The notes under the pieces: generated by a model | What the model was told of the DNA's origin: nothing | Databases searched by the model: none | Seen by the model: the letters and a program-made list of their open reading frames with translations, nothing else | Shown here: piece by piece, positions 10,002 to 22,708 of the stretch | Numbering within the stretch: the stretch's first letter is position 1 | Layout: every line of letters begins with the position of its first letter | Position numbers and translations under genes: made by a program | Origin: Azolla caroliniana | Lineage: Eukaryota > Plantae > Polypodiophyta | Length of the DNA stretch: 64,000 bases | Reading direction: 5' to 3' | Assembly: GCA_043228905.1 (NCBI GenBank) | Contig: JBHGNT010000009.1 | Span: 9,672,001-9,736,000 of the forward strand

Positions 10002-10373
10002 GGGAAAAGTACCAAGATACCCCTAGAAGTTCGTCTATTTACCAGAATGCCCCTGGAAATTCCAAATTTACCAAGATACCCCTAGAAGTTCGTCTATTTA
10101 CCAGAATGCCCCTGGAAATTCCAAATTTACCAAACTACCCTTATGTCCAAAACATTACACTTTATAAAGTAATTATACACTAAAATCTACAAGCCCTATT
10201 TACCAAAGATAGAAGAAATAGACCCGAACTAGCCCTATTTACCAAATATTTGAGTGTATAATTACTTTATAAAGTGTAATTTTTTGGACATAGGGGTAGT
10301 TTGGTAAATTTGGAACTTCCAGGGGCATTATAGTAAATAGACAAACTTCTAGGGGTATCTTAGTACTTTTCCC
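10002..10373. mobile_element. Mutator-like MITE / foldback element
   Basis: Long TIRs GGGAAAAGTAC.../...GTACTTTTCCC. 9-bp TSD TATATAAAA/TATATAAAG. Absent at the paralogous site near 16824-16832. About 59 bp is tandemly duplicated in the left arm. Confidence 0.9.
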
Positions 10374-10736
10374 TATATAAAGTAAACTTTGCTAATATTG
10401 ATAATACTTTTTAAGGTTGAATAATGGAAAGATAGGTGAATTAATAATAATAAGGTACCTTCTTATATACCAAAGATAAGTACTAACTTTAGCTCTTGTT
10501 CCACAGCTTCCAAAACTTTATCAACTTGAAAGTGAATGTAAATTTGTCAGAGGAAATTATGACCCCTATGGCTAAAGCAAACACTAATCATGAGAACCAT
10601 TTTAATGTATGCTCGAGGCCGAATCTTATAATAAGAATAATTTCAAATAAGATTATTATCTCCATTATGCTCTCTAAACAAAATTCTCATTATAACTATA
10701 TGTAATTTAAAGTGCTAAATTTGTATGCATGGATTT

Positions 10737-12455
10737 CGAATAAGAAGAATCCGGATGTGTATCGTCTATCCACTTTGTATCCTACCCAGTCCGTGTCTGT
10801 GTATCCTTCAACTCGAATGGTCGTATTTGACTGATACATAATGTCGTAATCTATCGTTGTACTGACATACCAGAGTATCCTCTTAGCGCAATCGAGATGA
10901 AAGTTTTGCGGATTCTACATGAATTGACTAAGTAGGTTGACCGAATAACTGAGGTCGGGTCACGTAATGGTGAGATAGATTAAGTTGCCGATCAGTTGAC
11001 GATACTGAGTTGACTCGCACTCAGTTGTGCCGGAATCAGCATCAATTTTGAGATTACGATCGAGAGGGGTAGACACAGGTTTGCACTCGGTCATTCTGAA
11101 CTTGTATAGAAGGTTGAGATTGTACTGTCGTTGAGAAATCATTATTTCGATTGGTGGCCGAATTACTTCAATGCCAAGGAAGTAATGCAGGTCTTTCATT
11201 TCGAATCTGCCATAAAGAAGTGATTTGACCTTGTTAATCTCGGCGAGATCCTTTCCTCCGATGACCAAATCATCCATGTAAAGGATGATGACAATTGGGC
11301 TATCTGACTTGTTTCGGATGTACAGAGAAGTATCGGATTTTAACATTTGAAATTCAATATGATGAAGATATTGTGTGATCTTTGAGTGCCACGCACGTGA
11401 TGCTTGTTTGAGGCCGTAGAGAGGCTTCTTGAGGCGGCGCACGACGTTCAAATGATTGCGCGATTCAAAACCGGGTGGTTGGATCATGTGCACCTCCTCT
11501 TCCAATTTGCCTTGAAGAAAGGCGTTCTTGACGTCCATCTGGTGGAGGTGCCACCCTTTTGCTGCCACAATTGCAAGTACGGTCCGCACAATGGTCATCT
11601 TTGCCATCGGGGCAAAGCTCTCTTCATAGTCTATGCATTTGCGTTTGTGTGTATCCTTTCGCAACGAGCTGTGCTTTAAAGCGATCTACGGAGCCGTCGG
11701 CATTGTGTTTCACTTTGTAAATCCACCTTTGGAAGTGTCCGAACACTTTGCTCTTTTCGGGTAGATCCAGGTGTACTTGGAAAAGTCGTCGATGAACGTG
11801 ACGTAATATCAACATCCGCCGAGTGTGCTTGTTTGGGCCGGTCCCCATACATCCGAATGTACGATATCCTGGATCCCTTTGCTCACATTCCTCTCTTTCA
11901 AGAATGGATGTCGGCGTTGCTTTCCGAACTGGCACGATTCGCATACGCTCGTAATCTCCTTCGCGGTAAAATTTGGGAGTCCGATAATGACTCCTTTCAA
12001 TTGCATGTTCTGGTGTTTTTGGAGATTGATGTGACCGATTCTCTTGTGCCACAAATTTATGTCGGTTTCGACTTTAAGGCCCTTCGCAAACATGGCTGAC
12101 TTTACATTGTTCGATTTGAGGATAAACATACGACCTTCTCGTCGACCGTGCGCTACGACTTGTCCACCCCTTTCGATGAAGCACCCGTCGTTGTTCAATC
12201 GTACCTGCATTCCTTGTTCGACAATATGGCCGACCAAGACCAAGTTTTTCGTGATGGTAGGGACATGTAGTACGTTCTTGAGATAGGTTTGTTTGCCATT
12301 GTTTCCGAATGGGACGTCCCCGATATGTTGTATTGGATAAGTCGTGTCATCACCTATCTCGACATATCCGGGTCGTTCGTCTTTTCATAGTTCTCGAAAC
12401 CAATCTTCATGAGATGTCATGTGGTTAGATCCTCCTCCTGAGTTGGCAAACCATA
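10737..12455 (-). pseudogene. Ty1/copia (family A) fragment: protease, pre-integrase, integrase start, then RT, with an internal deletion
   Basis: LWHKRIGH, VHSDVWGP, FAPMAKM, QMDVKNAFL and LYMDDL. Integrase FGHFQR is fused directly to RT WIYKVK at about 11726. Confidence 0.88.
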
Positions 12456-12457
12456 CG

Positions 12458-14032
12458 TTATTTGAGGCGTTGTCCAAGGATGACAGGATGTGAAGCCGAG
12501 TCTTGCACGAAGAAGTGTTGATCAATCTCCACATCCCCAATTGTGACTTTAAAATTGGGGCAAGCTCCGTACAAGTCCTCTGTGGCCTTCGTTGCCGCTC
12601 GAATCTTCCATCCGTGGTTTATATTAATCAGCCATCTTCCTTTTTTGTAGAACTCGGTCGACATGAGGTTGATCTCCGAGCCATGGTCAATCCAGGCTAC
12701 CACGGTTTCTTTCTTCTCCTTGATCTTCACCGGCATCTCCGTTGTTGCTCTTGCCCAATGAGGCTGAGAGTAATGGCTGTCCGCCATCACTTCTTCTTCT
12801 TGCTCCTCTTCCGATCTTGCCATGGTTATGACACTTGTTTTGACCTCCTCTTCATCCGATTGTTGCCGCTTCCTTTTTATAAGGTCCCCGATAGTATCAT
12901 GGAACTCCTTCTTTGCGATCCGAAATGGTTCTCTCAAAGTAAGGTCGACATAACTGTCTAAAACCTTCTCCTCAAGGACCTTCTGCAAGTCAGTTGTTTG
13001 GTCTATGTCCGACCTTAGCTTGTAAGTCAGCGTTGCTCGTTCTTTTCCTTTCTTCGCAGATTCATCGACTTCCATCCGAGCAGGTTGGCTCAATCCACCG
13101 GGCTTCATGCTTGTTTCTCCAATATCTTTTCCTGGCTTAAGTTGGGCTTTCCCTTCTTTCCCTGCGTTCCTCGTATTGGGACGCTTTGATGTGCCATCTT
13201 CTTCACCAGTTCTTTTCCTCTTCTCTTCGACAAGAGCTTCATATTTGTCACACACAACTTCCGCAAAGCTTGTGTTATTGTCGAATGGATTCGACCATCC
13301 GGTAACTCGTCGCACATTCCAATCAGCAAGTTTAAGATCCTCCAAATCGATTTTGGCTTTCTTTTCACACTCGAAGACCGTTGACCAAAACCCATCTCTT
13401 GGCTTGATCGTCTTTAGATTCTCTCTTCCAACTCGTATACCGGCCGAAGTGGCATAATGCATAGCTTCCACATGCCTTCCGTCTTCCTCTTCCACAATCT
13501 TTTTCAGCTCGCCTCTTCCGAAGTTCACCCGTAGTGGCTTCTGGGTCTCACTCGAGTGGATCATGTTGCCGTCCAAATAGACGATATTCTTGCGAATCGC
13601 GTCTTGCAAGTCAGTGCACTCCCTTCACGAGTGCTCGAAGCTGTCGCACCAGACACATCTAAACGCTTCTTTTTCCTTGGGCCCGCGTCAACCTAAGTTG
13701 GTTTGCGATACCACTTCAAACTTCTTGGAGAGCTCTTCAATTATAGATTCCTCCATCTCTTTCTTGTTGAAATTGTTGATTGGCTTGCTAGGCTCGATTG
13801 TTGTAGGCGCCTTCCTCCATGATTATGGATTCTCCACATCAGTCTCCTCTAGCCATTGTCAACGCTTATCAAGACGGCTGCAAGCCTTCTTCACCGACGC
13901 CCTATCCGCTACCAAGCCATTTGGTTGCATATCATTCTCCAAAAGGCTACCCAATTCTCGTTGGTCTTTCGTATCCACCACCTTCAGTAACAACAAGACT
14001 TTATCTCCATCGAAAACTCGTTGATCAACACT
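12458..14032 (-). pseudogene. Ty3/gypsy-type gag/protease fragment from a different lineage
   Basis: Decayed Zn knuckle (CVWCDSFEHS*REC) near 13620-13660. Retropepsin-like WIDHGSEINLMS and VILG in ORF 12458-13609. Confidence 0.7.
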
Positions 14033-17000
14033 CCTCTTTTCTCCAACTAGCACTTCGTAATTTTGGTTGAGCGGCTTCTACTAAGCCCATCTTCTCTTCT
14101 ACCAGATCTCCCCCACCCTCTCCAAACTATTACATAACATAGATATAAAGAAACTAGGTAGATATATCTTCGAGTTACATATAGAGAGTAAGCTATAAAA
14201 TTCTAACCATATCTTTTCTAATATTCACTAACATGTACCCAATGAAAATTGTTAGGGACAAGAGGGGAAGATGAGTGTGTACACACTTGGCATCTCCCTC
14301 ACTGAAGCACAAAACCAAAGAACAACAAAATGTCGTTGGATTTTGGGCCTCAAAGTTAGTTGTTGTGTAGAAGAAATTAAAAAGATTAGGGAATGTGAGT
14401 TACACCGCCTAGAAGCTATGGTCGGGTTACCTTTTACACCCACATCGAAACCCTTTGATCTCCCGCGCCTTTTTGAGAGACTTGGATGGAAATGAAACTA
14501 GGCCTAGCACGTAGTCATTTCCATTCTAAAATATGTTACACCGAAACACCTTATGTACAATACTAAAACTCTTTTATCTATATTTCTTTTATTTTTATTT
14601 TCGACGAGTGGGTACACCTCCCATTTTGTTGTAACCAATTGTCTCATGGAGCAATGACATAATAATGAAAAAAGGAGGATTACTACTAGATAGTCTACAT
14701 ACGTATCGTCTAACATTGGTGAGAGAGAGAGGTTATTCCTCAACTTTATTCCCCAATAACTACCGGAAGCAATTCTAGTACATGTTTTAGACACATTGTA
14801 TGGTGGTAAACAGGGTTAGGTGTGAGTGCGTTGAACTTTTGTTTTCAGCCGTCCACGACAATTATGGACAATAAAGAACTTTAGCCCCGATTCTTCGTTG
14901 AAACGTAGAGTGACGACAATAAATATATTGGCTTTTCAACATTATGGGCCATGTTCAAAATTAAAGCAATTGAAGAGTCAATAGTGGATGTGAACAAAAT
15001 GGTTAGCATTGCACATAGACCACCACATATCTTATGTATCAGCTCCATAGAATGGTTTCATCAGTTGTTCTACTCATACTACTGGTATTATGTATCGTAT
15101 TATGTATCACCCCGGTGTTGAGCGTGGTGCATCGGCAGCCATCACATGTGAAGAGCGCTTATTTCTATTACGGCGGTGGAGTTACGCCGACCAACATCGA
15201 CACCGCGCTCTTCACTCATCTCTACTATGCATTCGCGTCATTGGACCCCGTCACTTATGAAGTCAAGAGGGCTTCCGACGACACTAGTGGCGCCATCTCT
15301 ACCTTCTCCGCCACCGTTCGTGCCTCCAATCCCTCCCTCAAAACCCTCCTCTCCATCGGTGGGGGTGGATCGGATGCCACTTCTTTTGCGGCCATGGCCG
15401 CAACCCGCACGGGACGTGCGGCCTTCATCAACAGCAGTATCACGGTGGCACGATCCTTCGGATTCGATGGCCTAGATCTGGATTGGGAGTTCCCACATTC
15501 GGCCACGGACATGGCCAACCTGGCGATCTTGTTGAAGGAGTGGAGGAAGGCAGCGAAGAAGCAGTCTCCGCCGCTCCTCTTGACGGCCGCTGTCTATTAC
15601 AATGTCACGCTGCGTCTGGATGGGCTAGGGGCCAGATCCTATCCAACGGCCGCCATAGCTTCCTACCTGGACTGGGTGACTCTGATGACATACGATCTGC
15701 ACGGGAGCTGGGAGAAAACACAGACAGCACAACACACGGCGCTGTACGACAACACCACAGAGCAGATCCTGACGGTGAATTACGGCGTCCAGCAGTGGCT
15801 AGAGGCGCAGCTGCCCCCGTCTTCTGCCCTGCTGGGCCTGGCCGCATACGGCTATCGATGGTTCCTGAAGGATCCCAAGGTACACGGCGTGGGAGCCCCC
15901 ACTTCTGACTCCGACTCCGCGGCCACGTTCTCCAGCATTCAGTCGGACGTGCGTGCGGCCAAGGGCAAGTGCCGGGTGGACAAGACCACTGTTGCCGCCT
16001 ACTGCTATTGGACCCCACCTCCCGGAAATACAACCCTTTGGGCTGGTTTCGATAACCCCACCACCATTGGTAACAAAGTCTCGTACCTTCGTAAAAGGAG
16101 ATTACGGGGTTACTCCTTCTGGAGCATAGCCGGGGACATCGATAACTTACTCTTCAAACGAGGTGAGGTCCCTATACTCTCTCATCTCATCTCAGCCTAA
16201 TAATAAGCAACTTGCGGTAGAGGATAAGTTGCATCAGAGTAGTTACCATCCCATTACAAATGGAGGGATGCATACATAAGTAAAGGACATCTCCACATGG
16301 TAAAATATGCAAAACATATACATACTCGTAGGATTAAAACAATTACAATCTACAGATCCTTGTTAAATCACCGCATGGGGTACGCATTTTGCATATAATA
16401 TGTGAACTAGTGGAGTCCATACACTAGAATTCCCAAAAAATATCTTGGCCATGAGTGCCCTTGATATTAAAAAATTTAAAGGGAAGTTCCATTTCTCAAT
16501 AATGTGCCAAAGAAAATTCAACATGATCTCATTGACAAAAGGAACATAGCCACGTTCTCATATATTCTTTCCTAAGGCCAACCACGATATATTTTTAAGT
16601 TATAAAATCTTAACCACGTTCATACTTCATTCATTGTGAGGACCTATAAATTCTAGAATCTCTAGTTGACAAAATTTCGTAGACTTTTTAATATTGTAAA
16701 CTAATATCAATATTAAACACCACTTGCATTACTTCTAATTTGGCTTTTATCATAAGACTCAATCTTCTATCATAAAATGTCAATAATAAGGGATTTAAAA
16801 ACTCCTCTTTTGTGAACAAACAATATATAAAATAATCTTTGCTAATATTGATAATACTTTCTAAGCTTGAATAATGGAAAGATAGGTGAATTAATAATAA
16901 TAAGGTACCTTCTTATATACCAAATATAAGTACTAACTTCAGCTCTTGTTCCACAGCTTCCAAAACTTTATCAACTTGAAAGTGAATGTAAATTTGTCAG

Positions 17001-17186
17001 AGGAAATGATGACCCCTATGCCAAAAGCAAAAACTAATAATGAGAACCATTTTAATGTATGCTCGAGGCCGAATCTTATGATAAGAATAATTTCGAATAA
17101 GATTATTATCTCCATTATGCTCTCTAAACAAAATCCTTATTATAACTATATGTAATTTAAAGTGCTAATTTTGTATGCATAGATTT
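14033..17186 (+). repeat. Segmental duplication unit, copy 2 (contains chitinase gene 2)
   Basis: Paralogous to 7206-10736; offset 6827 bp at the left end. Confidence 0.95.
15034..16200 (+). CDS. GH18 class V chitinase, secreted, intact catalytic motif
   Basis: Signal peptide, LSIGG, FDGLDLDWEFP (DxxDxDxE), MTYD and FWS. Possible splice donor AG/GTGAG at 16163. Confidence 0.95.
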   Translation: MYQLHRMVSSVVLLILLVLCIVLCITPVLSVVHRQPSHVKSAYFYYGGGVTPTNIDTALFTHLYYAFASLDPVTYEVKRASDDTSGAISTFSATVRASNPSLKTLLSIGGGGSDATSFAAMAATRTGRAAFINSSITVARSFGFDGLDLDWEFPHSATDMANLAILLKEWRKAAKKQSPPLLLTAAVYYNVTLRLDGLGARSYPTAAIASYLDWVTLMTYDLHGSWEKTQTAQHTALYDNTTEQILTVNYGVQQWLEAQLPPSSALLGLAAYGYRWFLKDPKVHGVGAPTSDSDSAATFSSIQSDVRAAKGKCRVDKTTVAAYCYWTPPPGNTTLWAGFDNPTTIGNKVSYLRKRRLRGYSFWSIAGDIDNLLFKRGEVPILSHLISA

Positions 17187-17334
17187 AAGGAAACAAATGA
17201 GCTTGTATAAGTTCATTGATCAATATCTTATGCATATAATCAATGCATATAGGAGAAACAATAAAAATTACTTTTGTTAAACCAAAGGTGTTTGTGTGCA
17301 TACTCATGAATGTTTAGATCTGTGATTTAATATA

Positions 17335-17460
17335 GGGAAAAGTACCGGGATACCCCTAGAAGTTTTTCTATTTATCAGAATGCCCCTAGAAGTTCCAAAT
17401 TTACCAAACTACCCCTATGTCCAAAAAATTACACTTTATAAAGTAATTATACACTCAAAA
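17335..17460. mobile_element. Single arm of the same Mutator-like MITE family
   Basis: GGGAAAAGTACC...ttatacactcaaaa matches one TIR arm of 10002-10373; no partner arm is seen. Confidence 0.8.
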
Positions 17461-17653
17461 GAAAGAAACATTAATAAAAAAATACATTAAAATGAAACCT
17501 ACCCTTTAAGCAAAAGAAGACGTTGGTTTGATTTCTTCGCATTGAAACCAAACCAAACCAAACCAAACGATTTTATTAATTTGGAGCCGATAAACCGTTA
17601 AACCATGGCTTAATGGTTTGGTTTGGTTTGAGCCGAAACCGGGCTCATAGCTA
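17461..17653. mobile_element. Right end of a truncated hAT-type MITE
   Basis: Ends GAGCCGAAACCGGGCTCATAGCTA, like the right end of 18298-18789. Carries AAACC subterminal repeats. Confidence 0.6.
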
Positions 17654-17699
17654 GTGTTTATTCTGAGGCCTTGAAAAATTACATATGAATATATTAGTG

Positions 17700-18990
17700 G
17701 GTTGAAGAATCATTACATAAAGATAAACTTTATGTGGTATGTTATTACATTGCTTCATAGAGAATCCAACTACTATAATTTGTATGAGCTAGATTATGAT
17801 GACATGTGTGCTAACATTCATACATATGAGAAGATTGGGGAAGTTTCGGTTGTCGGAGATTTTAATTCTAGAGTTGGAAGGCAATGATAATGTAATGGTG
17901 TTGGATTTGATACATGATGAAGAAGATTGTACTATGTCAGATTAAGATAGGCTTCTTAGACACAATGTGAATGCATAAACGTGCATATTCTCAATGGTAA
18001 CAACGACTTTCCAATGACAAATGTTTTGAGGTGTCTTCTAGCCTTAGGAGGGGGTAGTGTAGTTGACAATGTATGAGTGAAAGAATGTGATGCATCCATA
18101 GTAAATACATCCAATATCGGCCCATTGTCATCTATTTGAGACAAGAAGCCCTTGTACTCGCACATTGTAACAAAAAACTCATATATTGATGTTTGCATTA
18201 GAGTACAAAGGGAAAAGATGTACATTATGTGACCTTGTTATAAAAAAGCTAATCTATATGCAAATGAGGTTGAGAGTTATGTCATGGACCTCTTAGTTAG
18301 CAATGGGCACGGTTCGGGTTCGGTTCGGTTCGGTTTCAAGGCAAAGATATCGAACTAAACCGTTTATATAAAACAAATAACCAAACCAAACCGTTTATGA
18401 ACTCTCAAGTATTTAAACCAAACCATTTAAGAAAAAGTAAATCAAACCATTTGGGGAGAAGTTGAAACAAAACTAAACCATTTAATAAAAAATTTAAACC
18501 TAATCATTTAAGTCAAACTGCTTAAACATCTAAATAAACAAAAATACATTAAATTAAATAAACATTTAAGTTAAATTTATTAAATCAATAAAAAAACATT
18601 AAAAATAAAGATAACCAAAAACCTACAAACCTTTAAACCAAACCATTTAAACCTATGAACCCGTGTTTTGGAACCAAACCGAACCGGTTATCGAAAATCC
18701 AAAGCATTAAATAATTTTGGAACCAATAAACTGTTACACCATAGTTTAACAGTTTGGTCCGGTTTGAGCCGAAACCGTGCCCATTGCTACTCTTAGTTAG
18801 TAAAGATGTAAAAACAAATTGGCAACAATTGAAAGATGTCATTCTTAAGGTAGGGTATCAACTTTTGATTGCATATTTTGGTTGATACCACCAAATTCTC
18901 ATAGAATGCTTGATTTAATGAAGAATACAAGGCTTATGTCAAAATGTTTAATCTCACAAAATATAAAAAAATGTGAAAGCCCAAACATTG
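17700..18990 (+). pseudogene. Highly decayed LINE endonuclease region, interrupted by a hAT MITE
   Basis: APE endonuclease motif VVGDFNSRVG at about 17848-17880, with ILNG and GSVVD remnants downstream. Confidence 0.55.
18298..18789. mobile_element. hAT-superfamily MITE
   Basis: Perfect 17-bp TIR TAGCAATGGGCACGGTT/AACCGTGCCCATTGCTA. Perfect 8-bp TSD CTCTTAGT at 18290-18297 and 18790-18797. AAACC(G) subterminal repeats. Confidence 0.93.
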
Positions 18991-19004
18991 CATGAATATT
19001 GAAG

Positions 19005-19980
19005 TGTTATGCCCCTCTATTACAAGGGTCTCAAAACCACAAGAAAACACAGTTGGGACACCAATTAGGACATAAAGCACGGTAATATTTCATTATGAAT
19101 ACAAAAGCTTACAACCATCCCAAAATTGGACAAACCACGATCCATCACTTGGAGTTGCGTCAAGTCGTGACGGAGTCGGAACAAGTTAGGACAAGTCCCA
19201 AAAAACCACCGAAGGGGAGAAAACACAATGATAGGACCGCTCCTTAGAGCCAAGATGATGAGAATGAGAATGAGAGAGTGTGAGATAATGGATCTTAGAA
19301 AATGGTAATGTGGGAATGGTTACAAATGAGGAGTAATCCTCTTTATATAGGGCAAATTTGGCCGTTGCGACTATCCATTGGAACTAGCCATTGGGCTAGC
19401 AGTTATGAGGTCCCCTTTGGGATTGGTTTGTCCCAACCCAAGGTGTCACCTTCTTTTGGAACTACGACTGGCCCTCGTGGTGAGTCCTAACTCAGATTGG
19501 GACTGTGTCTCAATTGGGACAACTTAGGGACACCACATTCACCGGGATCCCATGGAGATTGAGTCCCATCAAAGCTCACAAGACATTCCCAACTATCTTC
19601 GTGGGTTGGGTCTCCACCTCGATGATCCGAGTTTATCTTGATCTTCTTCTTGAGATCCCCTTTGGGGGATTCCTTTGCCTTCTTCACTTGCTCCTTGGTT
19701 GAGCTCATTTTTCCTTAACCACCCTTGGTGCTTGGCTTGGTCACCTTGCTAGGATCAGTCTCTTGGGTCATGGTTCCTTGAGGAGGTCCTTCCAGTTCCA
19801 CCTCTTGTTCCTCCATCTTGGTCTCAACCTCTTGTCCCAAGAATTCTTTGTGTTCTTGCTCAACCACCATGGTTGACATCTCCTTCTCCTCAATCCTGAT
19901 TCCGATCTCCTTCTCAAGTTGTTGCTTCACAGTTCCTTGGGAGATGTCTTCTACCTTGTTGAGAATCGAACTCAACTTCC
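19005..19980 (-). mobile_element. Probable 3' end of an LTR element: LTR about 19005-19537 plus an E/K-rich coding remnant
   Basis: TG...CA termini with an imperfect inverted repeat and a TATA at about 19342. The upstream frame reads ...HEDSWE...PGECGVP across the boundary. Confidence 0.4.
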
Positions 19981-19989
19981 CATAGAGAC

Positions 19990-22708
19990 AATGTTCACAC
20001 TAGCTAGTGGACATCATAGTAGGCTAGATTTGTAATTAGTAGAAAGGGCACTTGCCCTAGATCAGTTGGTATTTAAACCAACCTTTTGTATCTTAGTCAT
20101 TGTTGGATGTAAGATACAATTTCTTCTCTCTCTCTCTCTCATTCTCTCTTGTCTCGCGTGCACATACACACACACACACAGTCCTTCCGCTGCACAAAAT
20201 CACTCTCGATTCTTTACATGGAATCAGAGTGCGTGGTAGCTTGATCCAAGCCCATCGCTTTTACGTGTGTTGTGCTTAAGCTCGTAGAGAACTGGTTGAT
20301 CGTTGTAGCAGTGATTTCTCCGTAGCTCGCATCAAGAGTAGAACAAGTTCGACAATGAACACCCAGATGGGAAGCACTCTTCCCACCGAGAAGGTCGATA
20401 GAACAAACTTTGCATCTTGGGAGTACAAGATGCATCAGTACCTTGTTAGACAAGGTTACTGGAGCTACATCAAGGGAGCTCATGAAATGCAACCCAACCC
20501 GACACACGCCGACTACCTAGCGTGGGAGCAGGCTGCGAGCCGTGTGTTGTATTCCCTTGCGTCATGCGTTCATAACCACATGCTCGGCTATATTCAAGAC
20601 TCGCGAACTCCAAAAGAAGCTTGGGGAAATCTCAAGAAGATTTTTGCGGCCAATACGGCTGCACGAAAGCTCCAACTTCGACAGGAGATAAATAACATGC
20701 AACAGAGGGACATGTCGATCACCGACTATACCTTGAAGATCAAGTAGTTCTGCGATGCCCTCGGTTTGATTAATGTCGTCATCGATGATGATAAAATGGT
20801 GAAAATATGCCTCAGCGGCTTGGCACCTTGATTCGGCATGATCAAATCGACCATTCTTGTGAGGGAGAACCCTCCCTCCTTTTTCGACCTTCAATCGATT
20901 CTGTTGGTCGAAGAAAATCACGTTTGACAAAGGAACAAATGCTCTACTCACAATCGGTTGATAGAAGAGGATTCGTCCGTGGAAATAGAAGTCGGTTCGG
21001 ACGAGGCCGACACGGTCTGCCGACCCAAGAGTGTAACTCCCACCAATGGCAAGAGGACAGGAACAATCCCAAAGAGTTCGGCAGAAGGGGGAGCCACCCT
21101 GCCAGACTGAGCAATCGTAACAACCCGATCGAATGTGAGTACTGTAGAAAACACGACCATTATGAAGAGGAGTGTCGAAAAAGATACGGGACTCCGCTTC
21201 GACTAGCCGAGAACTCATGAACTATGCTTCGAATTCCGACTACGACGATCGTGGCAGGATGTTTGTAATGAGACATGAAACACATTTGATGTCGGCACAT
21301 GCCCCGACTAGCACCTCTTCTTCACATAACATATGGTTTGTCGACTCGGGAGCATCCAATCACATGACATCCCATGAAGAGTGGTTCTGAGAATTACGAA
21401 AGTCCGATCGACCCGGCTATGTCGAAACTGGAGATGATACGACTCACCCAATTCGGCATGTTGGAAATGTTCCATTCGGAAATGACGGAAAATAAACCTA
21501 CCTCAAGAACATCTTGCATGTCCCAACCATCACGAAAAACCTGGTCTCGGTCAGCCATATTGTTGAACATGGTAGGCAAGTACGATTCAATAATGAAGGG
21601 TGCTTCATCGGAAAGGAGGATCAAATCATAACGCATGGTCACCGAGAAGGCCGAATGTTCATCCTTGAATCAGAGGAGGTAAAATCGGCTATGGTCGCAA
21701 AAGGCCTTAAAGTCGAAACAGACTTGAAACTGTGGCACAAGAGAATCGGCCACATCAATCTCCAAAAGCTCCAAAACATATAGTCGAAAGGAATCGTAAT
21801 CGGACTCCTGGCATTTACTAAGAAAGAGATTATGGGCATATGCGGGGCATGCCAATTCGGAAGAGAGGAATGTGAGTAAAGGGATCCTGGATGTAGTACA
21901 TTCAGATGTGTGGGGGGCAGCCCAAACCGCAACATTCGGAGGTTGTCGATACTATGTCACATTCATCGATGACTTCTCTAGGCACACCTGGAACTACCCT
22001 ATGCGGCAAAAGAGCGAAGTGTTCAGACACTTCCAAAAGTTTAAAAATGAAGTCGAAAAAGCCACAGGTCAACACGTACGATGCCTTCGATCAGATGGAG
22101 GAAAGGAGTATTTCTCAGACGAATTTACGGCATATCTCCGAAAGGAAGGAATTCGATGAGAATTCTCGTGTCGACATACACCAGGGAAAAATGGTGTGGC
22201 AAAATGGAAGAATCGGCACATAGTAGAGGTTGCACGGGCAATGATAAATGAGGAGAACCTGCTGAAATCGTACTGGGCAGAAGCGACGAACATAACCGTA
22301 TATCTCATGAACATGTGTACAACCTCTAGAGTACACGACGTAACCCCTCATGAGAAGTTTTTTGGAAACATGTCGGATTTATCACATGTCAGGATTTTCG
22401 GCTCAATCGCCTATGTGCATATTCCCGACGAGACGCGACAAAAGCTCGACCCGAAGTCAGAGAAATGTATCCGTGTAGGGTACTCGCTCAAACAGAAGGG
22501 GTACAAATGTTACAACCCATCTACCTGAACAACTTGAATGAGTCAAGATGTCGTTTTCGACGAATCGGCATCCTGGTATGATCCAGAGATGACTCCGATT
22601 TCTACTCCAATTGACCCGAAATTGGCTAAACGAGAGATAGAAGACGAATTTCGACTCGGACACATGTTCGAAGGAAGTCCGATTACGACAAGGCTTAATG
22701 GACCACAA
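19990..22708 (+). mobile_element. Ty1/copia (family A) 5' half: LTR remnant, PBS, gag-PR-INT pseudogene
   Basis: LTR ends ...tctttaca at 20218, followed by a degenerate tRNA-iMet PBS (tggaatcagagt). gag starts MNTQMG at 20355. WFVDSGAS, DVWG and RSDGGKEY follow, with many stops. Confidence 0.88.

Larger units (their letters stand above)
7206..10736 (+). repeat. Segmental duplication unit, copy 1 (contains chitinase-like gene 1)
   Basis: Colinear and highly similar to 14033-17186, apart from the MITE at 10002-10373. Confidence 0.95.

Noticed and set aside
9361-10736. Chitinase-receptor kinase (CHRK1-like) fusion
   Set aside because: No transmembrane or kinase exons were recognised anywhere downstream in the window.
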